64,000 nt of DNA. Origin: Haliotis rubra (lineage: Eukaryota). The translations under genes were made by a program, and so were the position numbers. Positions 13,586 through 26,950 of the stretch are shown piece after piece (position 1 is the stretch's first letter; every line of letters begins with the position of its first letter). The notes beneath the pieces were generated by a model. That model had not been told where the DNA came from. It was given only the letters and a program-made list of their open reading frames with translations, and made no database searches. The stretch is taken from NCBI RefSeq assembly GCF_003918875.1, contig NW_025767124.1, forward strand, positions 2,418,001 through 2,482,000. The letters are read 5' to 3'.

Positions 13586-13935
13586 GTAATAGTAATAGTA
13601 ATAGTCCGCTTATATGGAGCTCATATCCTGGCACATTGCCTGCTCACGGCGCTACGTACATTATTATCCCCGGTCATAGGACACCATCTAACTATCCGAT
13701 ACTTTTTCAACTCCCTGGGGATCATACAGCCTTGCTACGTGTTAGCGCAATGAACTAAGTATTCACATTGCGAGCACATCCTCACGGGTACCCATTTTAC
13801 AGCTGGGTGAACTAAGACAATGTGGATTTAAGTATCTTGTCCAAGGATACTACGCAAAGGTGCCTCCACCGGGGATCGAACCCGGCCCTTCAGCGTGATA
13901 GGCAGACGCCTTACTACTGCACTATTGCGCTCCAC
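13586..13935 (-). mobile_element. CORE-type SINE with L2-like tail
   Basis: tRNA head (GGTTCGATCCC), CORE-like TCCTTGGACAAGATACTTAA...CACCCAGCTGTAAAATGGGTACC, tail ending in (TATTAC)n. Confidence 0.75.
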
Positions 13936-14549
13936 AATAACAAGTAAATTATACACATTGGTATTGCCTTGCAGGGCATTTGTTCAATTTGACAACTTGT
14001 AATGTCTTTCTTGGCATCTATAGGCCACCAGACAAACTCCTAGCTGGATGTTTTGACATATATGATTGCAACGATTAGTGATGTCAGGCTCTTGTATGCG
14101 GCGGGTAAAGGCAATTAGTCCTACGAAGATATCAGCTGGCACCGCGGTGAAAGTACAGTTGCATTGATTGTAACCATTAGACTGCAGTTCAGAAGTATCT
14201 GTAACACGACTGTAAGGAAAAGATTTAGAAAGGCCCAAAGTCAACAAGTTGCTGCGTCAGAAAGACACTAAAGTCGATGGTCTTGGAATCAGTCTGACAG
14301 AAGGAAGCCTTCAAGCAAATGAATATTTGTCATTCCGTTTTACCAAAGAAACTTAGTGGATCCTTAGTGGTTATTGCTGTAAGAAGTCCAATAGTCAGAC
14401 TGAGTGACTTGCATGATTGCATGTTATCGTGCCTATATGCTCATAATATCAATCACTGATTCAGATCAATAATGTATTGGCTGCAGTGATTTAGCTGGAA
14501 TAATTTACTCGTTAATGATAATGGTATGTTACAGACTGTTCAGGTTATA

Positions 14550-14714
14550 TACTGAGGGAAACAAATAAGGGATCACATGAAAGCACAAGTGTTCCTCTAT
14601 TTTCTTCCAGGTATCTTCACAAACTTTGTATCGCACATCTTGTGAAGAAACCTGGAAAAAAAATAAAAGGAACACTTGTGCTTTCATGTGATCCGTGATT
14701 TGTTTCCCTCAGTA
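14550..14714. mobile_element. Palindromic MITE (Tc1/mariner-type ends)
   Basis: ~75-bp near-perfect inverted arms TACTGAGGGAAACAAAT... / ...ATTTGTTTCCCTCAGTA flanked by TA. Confidence 0.85.
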
Positions 14715-15039
14715 TATCTGGTACAAATATCCAGTACAAATACTGGTATATGAATTTTTAAACGAAATCACAACGATTATGCAAGAAATGTATCAGACTC
14801 CCCAATCAATGATGGCGTTGAGCACGATGAGAGTTGAGTCGACGGTGTAAAGCTGTGTTGACTCGCAGTCATGTCCATCAGTGTTTATAAACATATCGTG
14901 CATATCGCGCTCATTGGCAGTATTTCCATTAACACTGGGTTAGAGGCAATACCGCTGTACAACCAACAGCTGTGCCGTGCTGTGCAGTGAGGGAACCAGG
15001 TGACGTCTGATCTGGTATAAAGGTAAGAGCACAAGGGTG

Positions 15040-15835
15040 TGATGACACCTGGTTTAGAGGGTATTGACTCATGGGTTTTCGGGAACGGTGACAACTGCTT
15101 TAGAGGGTATTAATACATGGATGATAGGGAATGATCACGATGACGCCTGGTGTAGAGCGTATTGACATGCAGGTGTTAGGGAATGGTGACACCTGGTTTA
15201 GAGGGTATTAATACATGGATGAAAGGGGATGATCACGATGACGCCTGGTTTAGAGCGTATTGACATACAGGTGTTAGGGAACGGTGACACCTGATTTAGA
15301 GTGATTAATACATGGATGATAGGGAATGATCACGATGACGCCTGGTGTAGAGCGTATTGACATGCAGGTGTTAGGGAATGGTGACACCTGGTTTAGAGTA
15401 TATTCACAGATGTGTTAGGGAACGGCGACACCTGGTTTTGAGGGCATTGACACATGGATTTTCGGGAACAGTGACACCTGGTTTAGAGAGTAATGACTCA
15501 TGGGTTTTCGGGAACGGTGAAGGGCGGTGGGGTGGCCTAGTGGTTAAGGCGTTCGCTCGTCACGCCGAAGACCCGGTTCGATTCCCCACATGGGTACAAT
15601 GTGTTAAGCCCATTTCTGGTGTCCTCCGCCGTGATATTGCTGGAATATTGCTAAAAGCGGCGTAAAACCAAACTCACTCACTCACTCACTGACACCTGGT
15701 ATAGAGGTTATTCCCACTTGTAATAGGGAACGGTGACACCTCGTTTAGAGGGTGATAACGCACAGGCGTCATGGAACGGAAACGTTTTCTTGAGGTGAAT
15801 AACGCACAGGTGTCAGTGAACAGCGACGCCTGGTA
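15040..15835. repeat. 46/52-bp minisatellite with a ~98-bp dimeric higher-order unit
   Basis: GAC(A/G)CCTGGTTTAGAG-led units alternate between two variants. Confidence 0.85.
15521..15690 (+). mobile_element. SINE family A inserted in a minisatellite
   Basis: Full length; splits the repeat unit GGGAACGGTGA|CACCTGG. Confidence 0.9.
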
Positions 15836-16496
15836 TGCATCTCTTTGACATTTACCAAATTGGTTAACCCGAGGTGGTGCTCACAACGCAAGAACCGTTG
15901 TCAGGGTGATCCTGGACTATGCACCACCATCGTAGATATCACAGTGTCCTAAACACCACGCAGGGGCGACGTCATGTGTGCTTCATATTTTATACTTTTT
16001 AATTCCTCTTTCGATTTTGACTTCCAGTAACTTTGTCAGATAATGACTGGTTCATCTGTAGTGGAGCGCAAGTAATGTACGCTGGCGGCATACAATACGG
16101 AAAAGACCGTGTTGGTGATGATAACCATCGTGCAACGTGAGAATAAACAACAATAAAAGAAAGGGTAAGGTTGCACCACATTGTGGTCGGCTGAGGAATA
16201 GATTCATGCAGTGTATTATGTATATAGTGGGGTTATCAAAGGTGTGTACTGACGAGGGTCAGCGTTGTTTAATGCCATAGTCAGCAATATATCAAATCTA
16301 AAATCATAGTTTGTCAGAAAAACAAAGGACTGTAAGCACGATTAGTGAGTCGTGCTGTCCAGCGTGATGGTACATATCCATATGGGTCCGACATTGTATC
16401 CATCCGATTCCTATAACAACTATCTGTTCGTATCTTCAAGTCTGTACTTTGTTAGGAAAGAGTGATTTTTGTATCAACTCTGCAATAATGTGATAC

Positions 16497-17147
16497 NNNN
16501 NNNNNNNNNNNNNNNNNNNNNNNNNNNNNNNNNNNNNNNNNNNNNNNNNNNNNNNNNNNNNNNNNNNNNNNNNNNNNNNNNNNNNNNNNNNNNNNNNNNN
16601 NNNNNNNNNNNNNNNNNNNNNNNNNNNNNNNNNNNNNNNNNNNNNNNNNNNNNNNNNNNNNNNNNNNNNNNNNNNNNNNNNNNNNNNNNNNNNNNNNNNN
16701 NNNNNNNNNNNNNNNNNNNNNNNNNNNNNNNNNNNNNNNNNNNNNNNNNNNNNNNNNNNNNNNNNNNNNNNNNNNNNNNNNNNNNNNNNNNNNNNNNNNN
16801 NNNNNNNNNNNNNNNNNNNNNNNNNNNNNNNNNNNNNNNNNNNNNNNNNNNNNNNNNNNNNNNNNNNNNNNNNNNNNNNNNNNNNNNNNNNNNNNNNNNN
16901 NNNNNNNNNNNNNNNNNNNNNNNNNNNNNNNNNNNNNNNNNNNNNNNNNNNNNNNNNNNNNNNNNNNNNNNNNNNNNNNNNNNNNNNNNNNNNNNNNNNN
17001 NNNNNNNNNNNNNNNNNNNNNNNNNNNNNNNNNNNNNNNNNNNNNNNNNNNNNNNNNNNNNNNNNNNNNNNNNNNNNNNNNNNNNNNNNNNNNNNNNNNN
17101 NNNNNNNNNNNNNNNNNNNNNNNNNNNNNNNNNNNNNNNNNNNNNNN
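16497..17147. other. Assembly gap
   Basis: Run of N. Confidence 1.
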
Positions 17148-20099
17148 TTGTTGACCCTCCTGTGCGGAATATACAACAATCAAGCCATACCCTCTACCTC
17201 TGCTCCTCATATAAGCTACATTTTACACGAGCATGGATTCACGTACATCACAGGAATGAACCAGAAATAATGAGGCGTAATATCTGAACGTGCCATGGAG
17301 TGTGTTAACATATCATGTTTCTTCAGACTGCTCCAGAGAACATGTGACACACTTGGGTATGCCAGTCTACACACACAACCTTCATACCTCAGCTGGGGTT
17401 CATTCTAAAATGTATCCTCCACACTGAGACTATTCGGGAGAACGCTGCTTAAGGTGTGTTTACATTTCTAAAATGTTGTATACAAAACGTTCATACACGA
17501 TCAAAATACATTTGAGTCGTTGGTATCCAAGATGGTGTACGTGAAACACTGGTGAAGATTGCTTGTTTACTGCAAGTCTGCCCGGAAGCCTTTTTTCATA
17601 CGTAGCTATAACTATTAAGATCTGAGGCTGTGAGACAGATTCATTTGGCAAACACGTGTATTGAGATATGAAAACTCCAAGGTGAACTGTTTTTTGTTCA
17701 CATGAAGAACTTGAGAAGTGGTGTGTTTACCTTGAATACACGTTGGTGATATACCTATTTTATGTGTAGGAAGTTACTTTAAAAATGTATTAAAACATCA
17801 GCAAAACAGACCGGAAATAGTTTACAGTCTGACGATCTTTTACAGGTTCAATTAGTTTACAAAGTACATGTTCTTTACACCTGTATATTTACATAACGAA
17901 GCCATGCCTAGGCAACTAGAAGCTAGCTGGTCTGAGAGTGGCATCAAGGACACTAGATAGGTACTGATGGAACCAATATGTCACTTGTAACCATGGCAAC
18001 GTGGTGCTAGAAGTACAAATGTTCACTCATGACAAGAACAGTTTGTCTGAGGATCTATTCTGACCTTCACCTCACTTACATCCGTCTGCTGTTACCATGA
18101 CAACACATGCACCCTGCCAAGGTTACTGGAATTCTTCGCCATGCCATCAGGAAAAGGATATAAATAAAGCCAACATACAAACAACATGGAACACGGCTCA
18201 ACAACCAGCTAATCAATCAGGGGGTCCACTTCTCAGACTGAAGATGTTCTTGAAAGAGTACAACGGAATAATCTATCACGTTAGGAATCCCCATTTCATA
18301 TTCGGGGAGTGCGGGAGTGTGTGTGTGTAGAGAGAGAGAAACAACGGGGAGGGGGCAGGGGGAGAGAACTTGGATTGTTATTACTTGTATATATTTGTTT
18401 CGCTCAAAGTTTTAGAATTCATTTTACTTCTATGAAACATCTATCGAATAAAAAATGAAATTGTTCGAAACAAATATATTTGAAGCTAACCAGCTTGTCC
18501 ACTGAATGGTATATATTTATAAATTCCTTTGGTATTTCTTTTTTAAAAACCCGGATCAATTAGGATTTAATCTAGACTGGGTCCTGAGGCAAAATGAATA
18601 ATTGGATTGAAGTCGTTCGGGCACCAGATTGTCTGGTAAAATTTACAATATGAATAAGCAGTTAAGGTTGACCTTAATTACAAAGTTCAAATTTCAAATT
18701 CCAGTTATAGAACAAACTTCAACATCCGCAGCTGGTCTGAAAATGAGTAGTCTGTATCAAAGTCCCTGAACCACATTATTTTCCCTTCAATTTCCCTTCT
18801 GCAATACGAAAGCCCTACATGAAGCAAGTCAGAATTTCTTCGGGTCCAGGAATCCAGTTTCTTAATTTCCAAACTCTAAGGTGAAGAGAATTATTTGTTT
18901 CTACAATAAAAAATACCTATTCACAGACGTTAGAACAAGGACTAATAGATGGGGATCATCGTCTTTGATGTCACAGTCAGTGAACCATATTCTTTCCCTT
19001 CCCAGACACTTACTAAATCTATAGTTATACATACTGGACAAAAATAGTTAGGGATATATGTAAATTTTGAAATTATGAATAATGATCTGTTTATTCATTG
19101 ACACACTGATAAAATATCGATCATAAAAATACCAATATCCCTAACTTATTTTGTCCACTATATAAACCAAGTCTAGATTCTCACTTCGCACTTGGGTGCC
19201 TCTCCAATTTAAATCTAGCTGCACGTTTCTATTAGTTGTTAGTCTACGTTTCTATCTACGATATATACACCGTTTCACCGTTAGTCTACACCCCTTGTTA
19301 AGACCGGCCACGCGAGTGGATGCTCACTGTTTAACTGATGAAGCTGAAGTGTTATCACCAACAGTCGCTGCACAGACGCCAGTTCCTTCTCTTCATCTGA
19401 CTTTCACAGTAGTAAACACCAACGCAGGTTAGTGTATACACATAACGTGATCTGTTTCCCAATTAACTCAACTCCGATATAAGGAAGCTCTGTTTATGTT
19501 ACCGACTTCACCAGCACGTGTGTTTCTGCCTTGGGTGCAGGAGTAATTATCGTTTAACTTTTTCAGCTCAAGTTCCCATGTTTTATATTGTTTACGGGGC
19601 AGTGTGGTGGCCTAGAGGTTAACATGCTCGCTATACAATTTCGAAGGTCTGGGTTCTATTCCTCAAACAGGACCAATGTGAAAAACCGATATGGCAGGGA
19701 TATTGCTAAAGACTGAGTAAATCCTTACCCATTAACTTGAATGTAAAAGGTAATATGAAAGGTAAATATTTGGTTGAGTTATGTTTGCGCTGAATCTGTT
19801 GGCCATTTCTTACATTCCTTTTGTACTGTAGTAAATGCAACAAGTAGTATTCGTGGTACATAATATTGATAACATGTGACATGAACGTAGGAAGTTATAT
19901 TTGAGACGTTCAGCTTTGAAATAGGTTTTGCATCTTAGCTGTGAGATATCTGCATTTAATCTAAAAACAGCAATGATGACCAGTTAAGATGATAAATACA
20001 GTCAGACAAGTGTAATCCACATGAAATCAGCTTACGACCATCCGTATGTAGGTTGCATGTACTTAACAAAGGCCGAATAATGCAAAGATACATTTATAT

Positions 20100-21133
20100 T
20101 ACTATATAACCTACAAATACAGAGGTACAAAGTTACTGTATGACCTACACGTACAGGGGTACAATGTTACTGTATGACCTACACGTACAGAGGTACAATG
20201 TTACTGTATGACCTACACGTACAGAGGTACAGTGATGTTACCGTATGACCTACACGTACAGAGGTACAGTGATGTTACCGTATGACCTACACGTACAGGT
20301 GTACATTGGTGTTACTGTATCACCTACACGTACAGAGGTACATTGGTGTTACTATATCACCTACATGTACAGAGGTACATTGGTGTTACTGTATGACCTA
20401 CACGTACAGAGGTACATTGGTGTTACTTAATGGCTTACACTTACAGAGGTACAGTGATGTTACTGTATGACCTACACGTACAGGGGTACAGTGATGTTAC
20501 TGTATGACCTACACGTACAGTGGTACTGTGGTGTTACCGTATGACCTACATGTGCAGATGTACAGTGATCTTACTGTATGACCTAAACGTACAGGGGTAC
20601 AGTGATGTTACCGTATGACCTACACGTACAGATGTATAGTGATGTTATCGTATGACCTACACGTACAGTGGTACAGTTGTGTTACCCGTTAACCTACACG
20701 TACAGGGGTACAGTGATGTTACCGTATGACCTACACGAAGAGGGGTACAGTGGTGTTACTATATGACCTACACGTACAGGGGTACAGTGATGTTACTATA
20801 TGACCTACACGAACAGGGGTACAGTGATGATACCGTATGACCTACACGAACAGGGGTACAGTGATGTTACTATATGACCTACACGTACAGATGTACAGTG
20901 ATGTTACCGTATTACCTACACGTACAGGGGTACAGTGATGTTACTATATGACCTACACGAACAGGGGTACAGTGATGATACCGTATGACCTACACGAACA
21001 GGGGTACAGTGGTGTTACTATATGACCTACACGTACAGGGGTACAGTGATGTTACTATATGACCTACACGAACAGGGGTACAGTGATGATACCGTATTAC
21101 CTACACGTACAGAGGTACAGTGATGTTACTATG
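20100..21133. repeat. 37-bp minisatellite (~28 copies)
   Basis: Unit TATGACCTACACGTACAGGGGTACAGTGATGTTACCG; the first copies are 34 bp. Confidence 0.95.
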
Positions 21134-21637
21134 CTGATTAAGCAAACGAAACAGTCGAGCTGGAGTTCATGGATAACAGCTCATCTATGGACGATGACCA
21201 TATTGCATTATTGCTGGGTGGAAAGAATTTAGAAATTCTTTAGAAAGAATTATCTCCCTTGATCAGCAGACCAACTTCTTAATGCCTTTGAAATAAGTTA
21301 AGCAACTCAAAAAATAATATAATGACACCATTTACGAGTGAATGTACTGTTAAACCTCGGGGACAACGTTAAAGAGCCTCCCACACATATCCACACACAC
21401 GTACAACGATTATATTAGACCATAAAGAGAACTGATACATTTTAATGTCTCTGGATTTAAACACGTTATTGTTGAGGTCAAACGTTTACTAAAACAGCTG
21501 CAACATAACGTCTCGATGAGGCATTAATGTGAACCATTTGTAGAAGAAACCTTATTAAAGGAGTACCAAGATCTGGACACAGACTTCCCTAGCACGTTTG
21601 CTTATACAGGCAACATACTGTGAAGCATACTTCCCTT

Positions 21638-21830
21638 TAGACTAACAACTAGTCTCTGAAATGAACATATTTTACTGAAAAAAAAGTTCATAGTGAAAAA
21701 AATACATATATAATGAAAAGGAGCCCTGAGACTTTCTTCCTGAAGCTGAGGAAATCTAGACTTGCCACATTTTCTAGACCTGCGTGGGCTTTCTTGGATA
21801 TATTTGCTTCAGGGTCTATACGACAGACTA
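21638..21830. mobile_element. TAG...CTA element, subfamily B2
   Basis: Perfect 9-bp TSD ACTTCCCTT. Confidence 0.88.
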
Positions 21831-22842
21831 ACTTCCCTTAAATCTCTTGGCCTAAATTAATCCATATAATTAAAACTGTATGGGTAATGTATCTGTCCTA
21901 AGTACAACCTCTATCATGACATCCCGAGCTGGTAACGCTAGACATTTAATAACAAATCCTATATTAATGGAACGAACTTTAAATTCAGCAAACGCACCCA
22001 TTACTTGCCAGACCACACACCGTAGTGTGACCCAATCTCTCTCACCTACCCCCACCCCCACCCACCACCCCTACCCCCTTTCACTGCAAGAAGAATACAT
22101 CAAACTGCAGTGCGTCGTACCAAACATATATCATCATAATAACCCGTTGTGATATTGCTGGAATACTGCTCAAAGCGGCGTAAGTCTATACTCAGTTACT
22201 CACTCACTCACTGATAACGGTGGGCACATTAACCGAATTGACACAATATACAGGTATTTATACATCTGCAGGTATATACTATCAATTTACCTGTTATCAT
22301 CTAGTCCAGATACGCAGCGCGGGCACGGATGGGCCGATATCTCCTTATATCCCGTTAGAATAGAATGCTCACAGCAATATCATTACCCGCTCTTTCTAAA
22401 TGCATCCGTCTCCCGATGACGCAATGCAGTAGCATATGGAAAGAGGCAGCACTGTATGACCAGTGCATGTCTTGCCAGGCTTATCGAATGGTACAATGTT
22501 ACACGCATCATTCGGTATCTCAGTATGAAGAACACGTGTTTCGTAATAGATTCCAAAAATATCCGTAAGGTGAGATGAAGAGATACCGTATACCTGATAG
22601 AAAGGGATAGCACAAACAGCGTATTGAAACAACATACAAACTAACCTATTTATACCAGCACCTGAGAGAACAAACAAGCTGAATTACACTAACGATGAAG
22701 ACACAAAATTGCATCGCTGTCTCTGGAGTGCATCGTTCTAGTCGCGCTTTAATAAACGTCAAACTTTGAAACATCACATTAAATCTGAAGTGTCATCTCT
22801 ATAAAATATAGCAGCATGGAGCAAGTGTGACACTGCCCTTCA

Positions 22843-23232
22843 ACTGGTTAACTCGAACTCGTTTAACTCGACATATCGCTTGTAGATAGCAAACATCGGC
22901 GCACCAACAGCGAAATATGGTTAATTCGAACTCCCTTATCTCGATATATCGTACCTCGGTCACAAACCTGGGTACACCAACAGCAAAAATATGGTTAACT
23001 TGAACTTCCTTATCTCGAGATATCGTGTATCGGTCACAAACATCGGTACACTAACAGCAATACCTGGTTAACTCGAACTCCCTTATCTCGATACATCGTA
23101 TCTTGGTCACAAACATTGGAAAACCAACAGTAAAACCTGGTTAACTCGAACTCCCTTATCTCGATATATTGTTTATCGATCACAAACATCGGTACACGAA
23201 ATCTCTGGTTAACTCCTTAAATCCTTATCTGG
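22843..23232. repeat. ~72-bp tandem repeat (~5 copies)
   Basis: TGGTTAACTCGAACTCCCTTATCTCGAT...CACAAACATCGGTACAC. Confidence 0.85.
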
Positions 23233-25056
23233 ATGTACCATTGGTCTAATATCGATACAGTAAAACCTACTGAACACGAGGTCTGCCATCTTGATATATC
23301 TTTTTATATACCTTGCCAGCATTGTGGTCTAATATCGATGCACACACGGTGTATAATACAATTGACATCTCAAGATATCATTTGATACCATGATTATCTA
23401 TTATATCGGCACTAATATCGGTACTCCGCATGTCTCGAACTTCTGACAACTCCACATAATCAGGTGGTTGTCATATTATTTGATGGAATACACTGTCTAT
23501 ATGTCTAATGTATCCATCAGGTGACAATTATCTCAAAGATGTTATCACAAAACAATACATTCCTCGAAAACGTTAACACCTGTGTTCGACGGAATTTAAT
23601 TTTCTCGTTAAAAACAACGTACACAATAAGGTAAAATTAAGTCAATAGTTTTGACAAACAGATATAATTAAATGACTGTTTAAAGATTACAAAAAGTGCG
23701 AATAATTATTGATTCATATGGAAAATCTTCGAAAGATTCCGGGCAAACCCATCCGGTTAGTATGTCATGGGTTGACCTTTACATTCGACCTGACCTGGCC
23801 CAGTTTTGTAAATGTCACAACATACGGTTTCCACATGTGGCCTGCAGGTATATACTTTATCTATGCAAAATCTCAAATATGTGAAAACTGTTTGCTTATA
23901 TATCCTTTTCAAAATAAGCCAAGTCTTACATACACATATAAGCAAATGGAATTTTATAAATACCGAAAAAACCCACAAAGTAGTGAGATTTATCCAAAAA
24001 TAATACTGTTTTCATATAAAAAGTGGTGCATGCATAATGGTTTCATTTCAATCTAAATTAAGGACACATTTTCAAAGTATATTTTTATTTAATTTTTTAA
24101 ATTGTTTACTTAAATGACAGCATTTACAGTGACCTTTTCAGTTGGGAAGAAAAAAATCAAACTAAATTAAAGACACATTTTTACTGTTTACTTTTCATTT
24201 TTAAAATTTCGTTACTTAAATAACAGCATTTACAGTGACATTTTCAGTTGGGAAGAAATAAATCGTGATCAATTCTCTGACCGGAGAGTGCCCGTAAGGT
24301 CTTAGTGGCAGACAGGTACGCGTTGGCATTTATGAGTGAAATCATATCCCCCTCTCCCTATCACACTAATCAGAAAGGTAAGAGCCCCATACCCATCATC
24401 TACCAGTACCCCATAAGGTTACGATTACGCTACTAGGTAAGGCGAGAAAAAGCTGCAATGTCATTAGACCTTCCACAGATGCCGATCAACCTACCTGTCA
24501 ATACCTGCAAGGTCACTCAATGCATGAGCAGGTCATCTGCTACAAAGAGGCAGCTTGGTCCTACCTCCCGATTTGCTAAAACTACAGACGTCGGCAAGTA
24601 ATTGCTCCACAGCGCTCAGAATATTCTACAACTCCTGCCTCTAGGCCGTCAGAAGTACTCTATAAAGCACCGATTGAACAGGTGTTGGGTTACAACCACA
24701 GATTCAGGAAGCCCTACCGGTATAAAAATATCTTTTGATTATTTAATAAACATATATGATATGTAAATATAAACTGACCATCCACCTGTCCGGTTAAATG
24801 ATGAAGGTCAAAGCATGACGGATGACCTTCCATTACAGGTGAAAACTTACCTACAACCGGAACCCGGGAAAATTGGAAATGAGGCTGCGAGTTTTCTACT
24901 AATCCAGGAACAACACACGTATGTTGACGGTTTTTCCGTCGCTCATTAAGCTCTGCACACCGAGTCGTCTGCTACTATAAAAGGTAAGGGGGTTTGTATT
25001 CTGAACATATTCACCTCACTTGTGCACACGGGTAGCAGACGAATGGATGCACTTAC

Positions 25057-25170
25057 CCTTTGAACGATAAGGGCTTGATTCAGGTCCTTCCCACCCTGAA
25101 GCCGAAAGCCCCACGGAGTGTTGAAGGAATCTCTGAAGAGTCGAACCTGGAATTTGTTAAAGCCTGTCAT
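25057..25170 (-). CDS. PDZ(-LIM/Zasp)-family gene A, first coding exon (N-terminal half of PDZ domain)
   Basis: Encodes MTGFNKFQVRLFRDSFNTPWGFRLQGGKDLNQALIVQR (38 codons) with the PWGFRLxGG signature of ALP/Enigma PDZ domains. Ends CAAAGG|GTAAGT (phase 0 donor); start context AAAATG. Confidence 0.93.
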
Positions 25171-25349
25171 TTTGTCTTTCCACTACGCCATCATTGAGGT
25201 GAATCGGACGGCTGCAGGCGACACTCGCGCCACAACGGTGATTGGTACCTTGCGATAGTCTCGGGCCGAAATCAGCCGAAATACCTTCGCCACTTTTCAG
25301 AGCGAGGCACAGACACTCGGAGAAATGGAATCTCGCGAATGCCAATATC

Positions 25350-25560
25350 CTCGGATGAAGAAAGCTAGGAGCTCGCGAAGATGCTCCTGGTCCAAATATA
25401 CTTCACTTGTGACGTGGTGGGAGAAGGTATCGGGTGTCCCCCAACTACCGTGCTGCGCTCGGCATTGCCCAATTTAGAAAGTGTGCCCACGTGGTAGCGA
25501 AAGCAAGATGAGCAGTGGAACACAGAGCCTGCATCACTAGCTGCTGCATGTGCAGTTTGG
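25350..25560 (-). promoter_or_regulatory. Putative proximal promoter of gene A
   Basis: CpG-rich, repeat-free block upstream of the ATG with imperfect CArG-like CCAATTTAGA (25469-25478) and CCAAATATAC (25392-25401), TGACGT (~25410) and E-box CACGTG (25488-25493). Motif calls only. Confidence 0.4.
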
Positions 25561-26446
25561 CGATAGTTAGATAGGATCTGTTTATGTCATTTATTTTACA
25601 CTCTTTTGAAATTTGCCTCAACAAAGTCCAAGATTGACGATGCAGAGTCTGAAACTTGATCCTTGTAAGATCTCGTAATATCTGGCCCAGTCAGATAAAC
25701 AGTGTCGAACAGGTTACAAGCGGAGCGGAGATAGGTAATTCTACACCAATAATCCCGGTGTACACCACCACCCCTCCCCTAACCCCCTCCATTACAACCA
25801 CCCACACATGTGTCTTCTAGAAGGAAGTGCAGCTCATGCAAGGGGTTAAGAAAGATCACGGCTCGGCGTATCTTTAAAGTTGCATAGCAAGGGATTCTCA
25901 GTTAATAAGTCATATATTCAATTATGGTACAGTGACTGTATTCGTGGCATGTCTACGTTTTTGGCGTTGTTGCCCATGGACCATTGCTGCTGTCAGCTGT
26001 CTGATTCCAGCAGACATTTCAAAACAGTTTTGTCAGATTCAGTATTGTTACAATGTATACGGGTGGACACAAGATTTCTTGCACGTTCTCATCTTGAGGG
26101 TTCGTTTGTATCTTCAGTTTCAGAACTTCAAGACCAGGTGGAAACAATAGAATTTTTGCACGTAGACCCAGTTAATCTTGGAAAATGTCAGGTGTTCCTC
26201 GTGGAGTTTCTTTAAGGTCAAAAGAGAGTGACTGAATCTTGTTTAATGCCGCATTCAGTAATATCAGAGTTCTATCACGACGATCTGTTAGTACTTGTGT
26301 CTAGACCTTGTAGAACCGTCACTGATAGCATGAGAATCGTCAAAACCCATTTGGGCACGATGACATTTATCTGAAAGTAATCAAGAAGACTTCGCTCCAT
26401 TCAACTTGCTATTCTATTATCTCAAACGTAGATTTTAGTGAGGTCT

Positions 26447-26468
26447 GTAGTAGTAGCAGTAGTAGTAA

Positions 26469-26529
<61 letters not shown>

Positions 26530-26531
26530 AG
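26447..26531. repeat. (GTA)n microsatellite
   Basis: Direct reading. Confidence 0.95.
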
Positions 26532-26634
26532 TATCATTCAGCAAAACTGTTTTAAACATACATCGAGTTATCGGTAGTTCGAGACTAGGGTAGAGAGAAG
26601 TAAAACTCACCTTGAAGCAACAAGAATTTTACAA

Positions 26635-26950
26635 GCCTTTCATAATTCCTTATTTTATTTCACTATTGAATGAAAATGTTTGAATGAAAAATATTATATT
26701 TGAATGAGGTTCGAGTATTTAATGCCAGAAGTCTCTGTAACTAATGGTGAAAATATGCTGCGGTGTCATTTCGTGAGAAGGGGAAAAGATTTTACATGCC
26801 TTTCATAATTCCTTATTTTATTCCACTATTGAATAAAAATGGAATAGAAAATATATAGTTCTGAATGAATGAAGTTAATGATGTATAAGTGCGAAAAGTC
26901 TGTAACTAATCCCGAAAATATGCTACGGTGTCATTTCGTGAGAAGGGGGG
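26635..26950. repeat. ~163-bp diverged tandem duplication
   Basis: GCCTTTCATAATTCCTTATTTTATT...GGTGTCATTTCGTGAGAAGGGG occurs twice. Confidence 0.8.

Noticed and set aside
16436-17287. ORFs spanning N runs (also 49158-49936 and 58701-59069)
   Set aside because: Artefacts of assembly gaps.
20100-21133. CRISPR-like periodicity in 37-, 40- and 32-bp arrays and the 63-kb hairpin array
   Set aside because: Contiguous or homologous units with no unique spacers, no cas genes, eukaryotic context.
25880-26215. 111-aa + ORF with faint resemblance to a secreted PAN/apple-type protein start
   Set aside because: Key cysteines absent; cannot be supported without a search.
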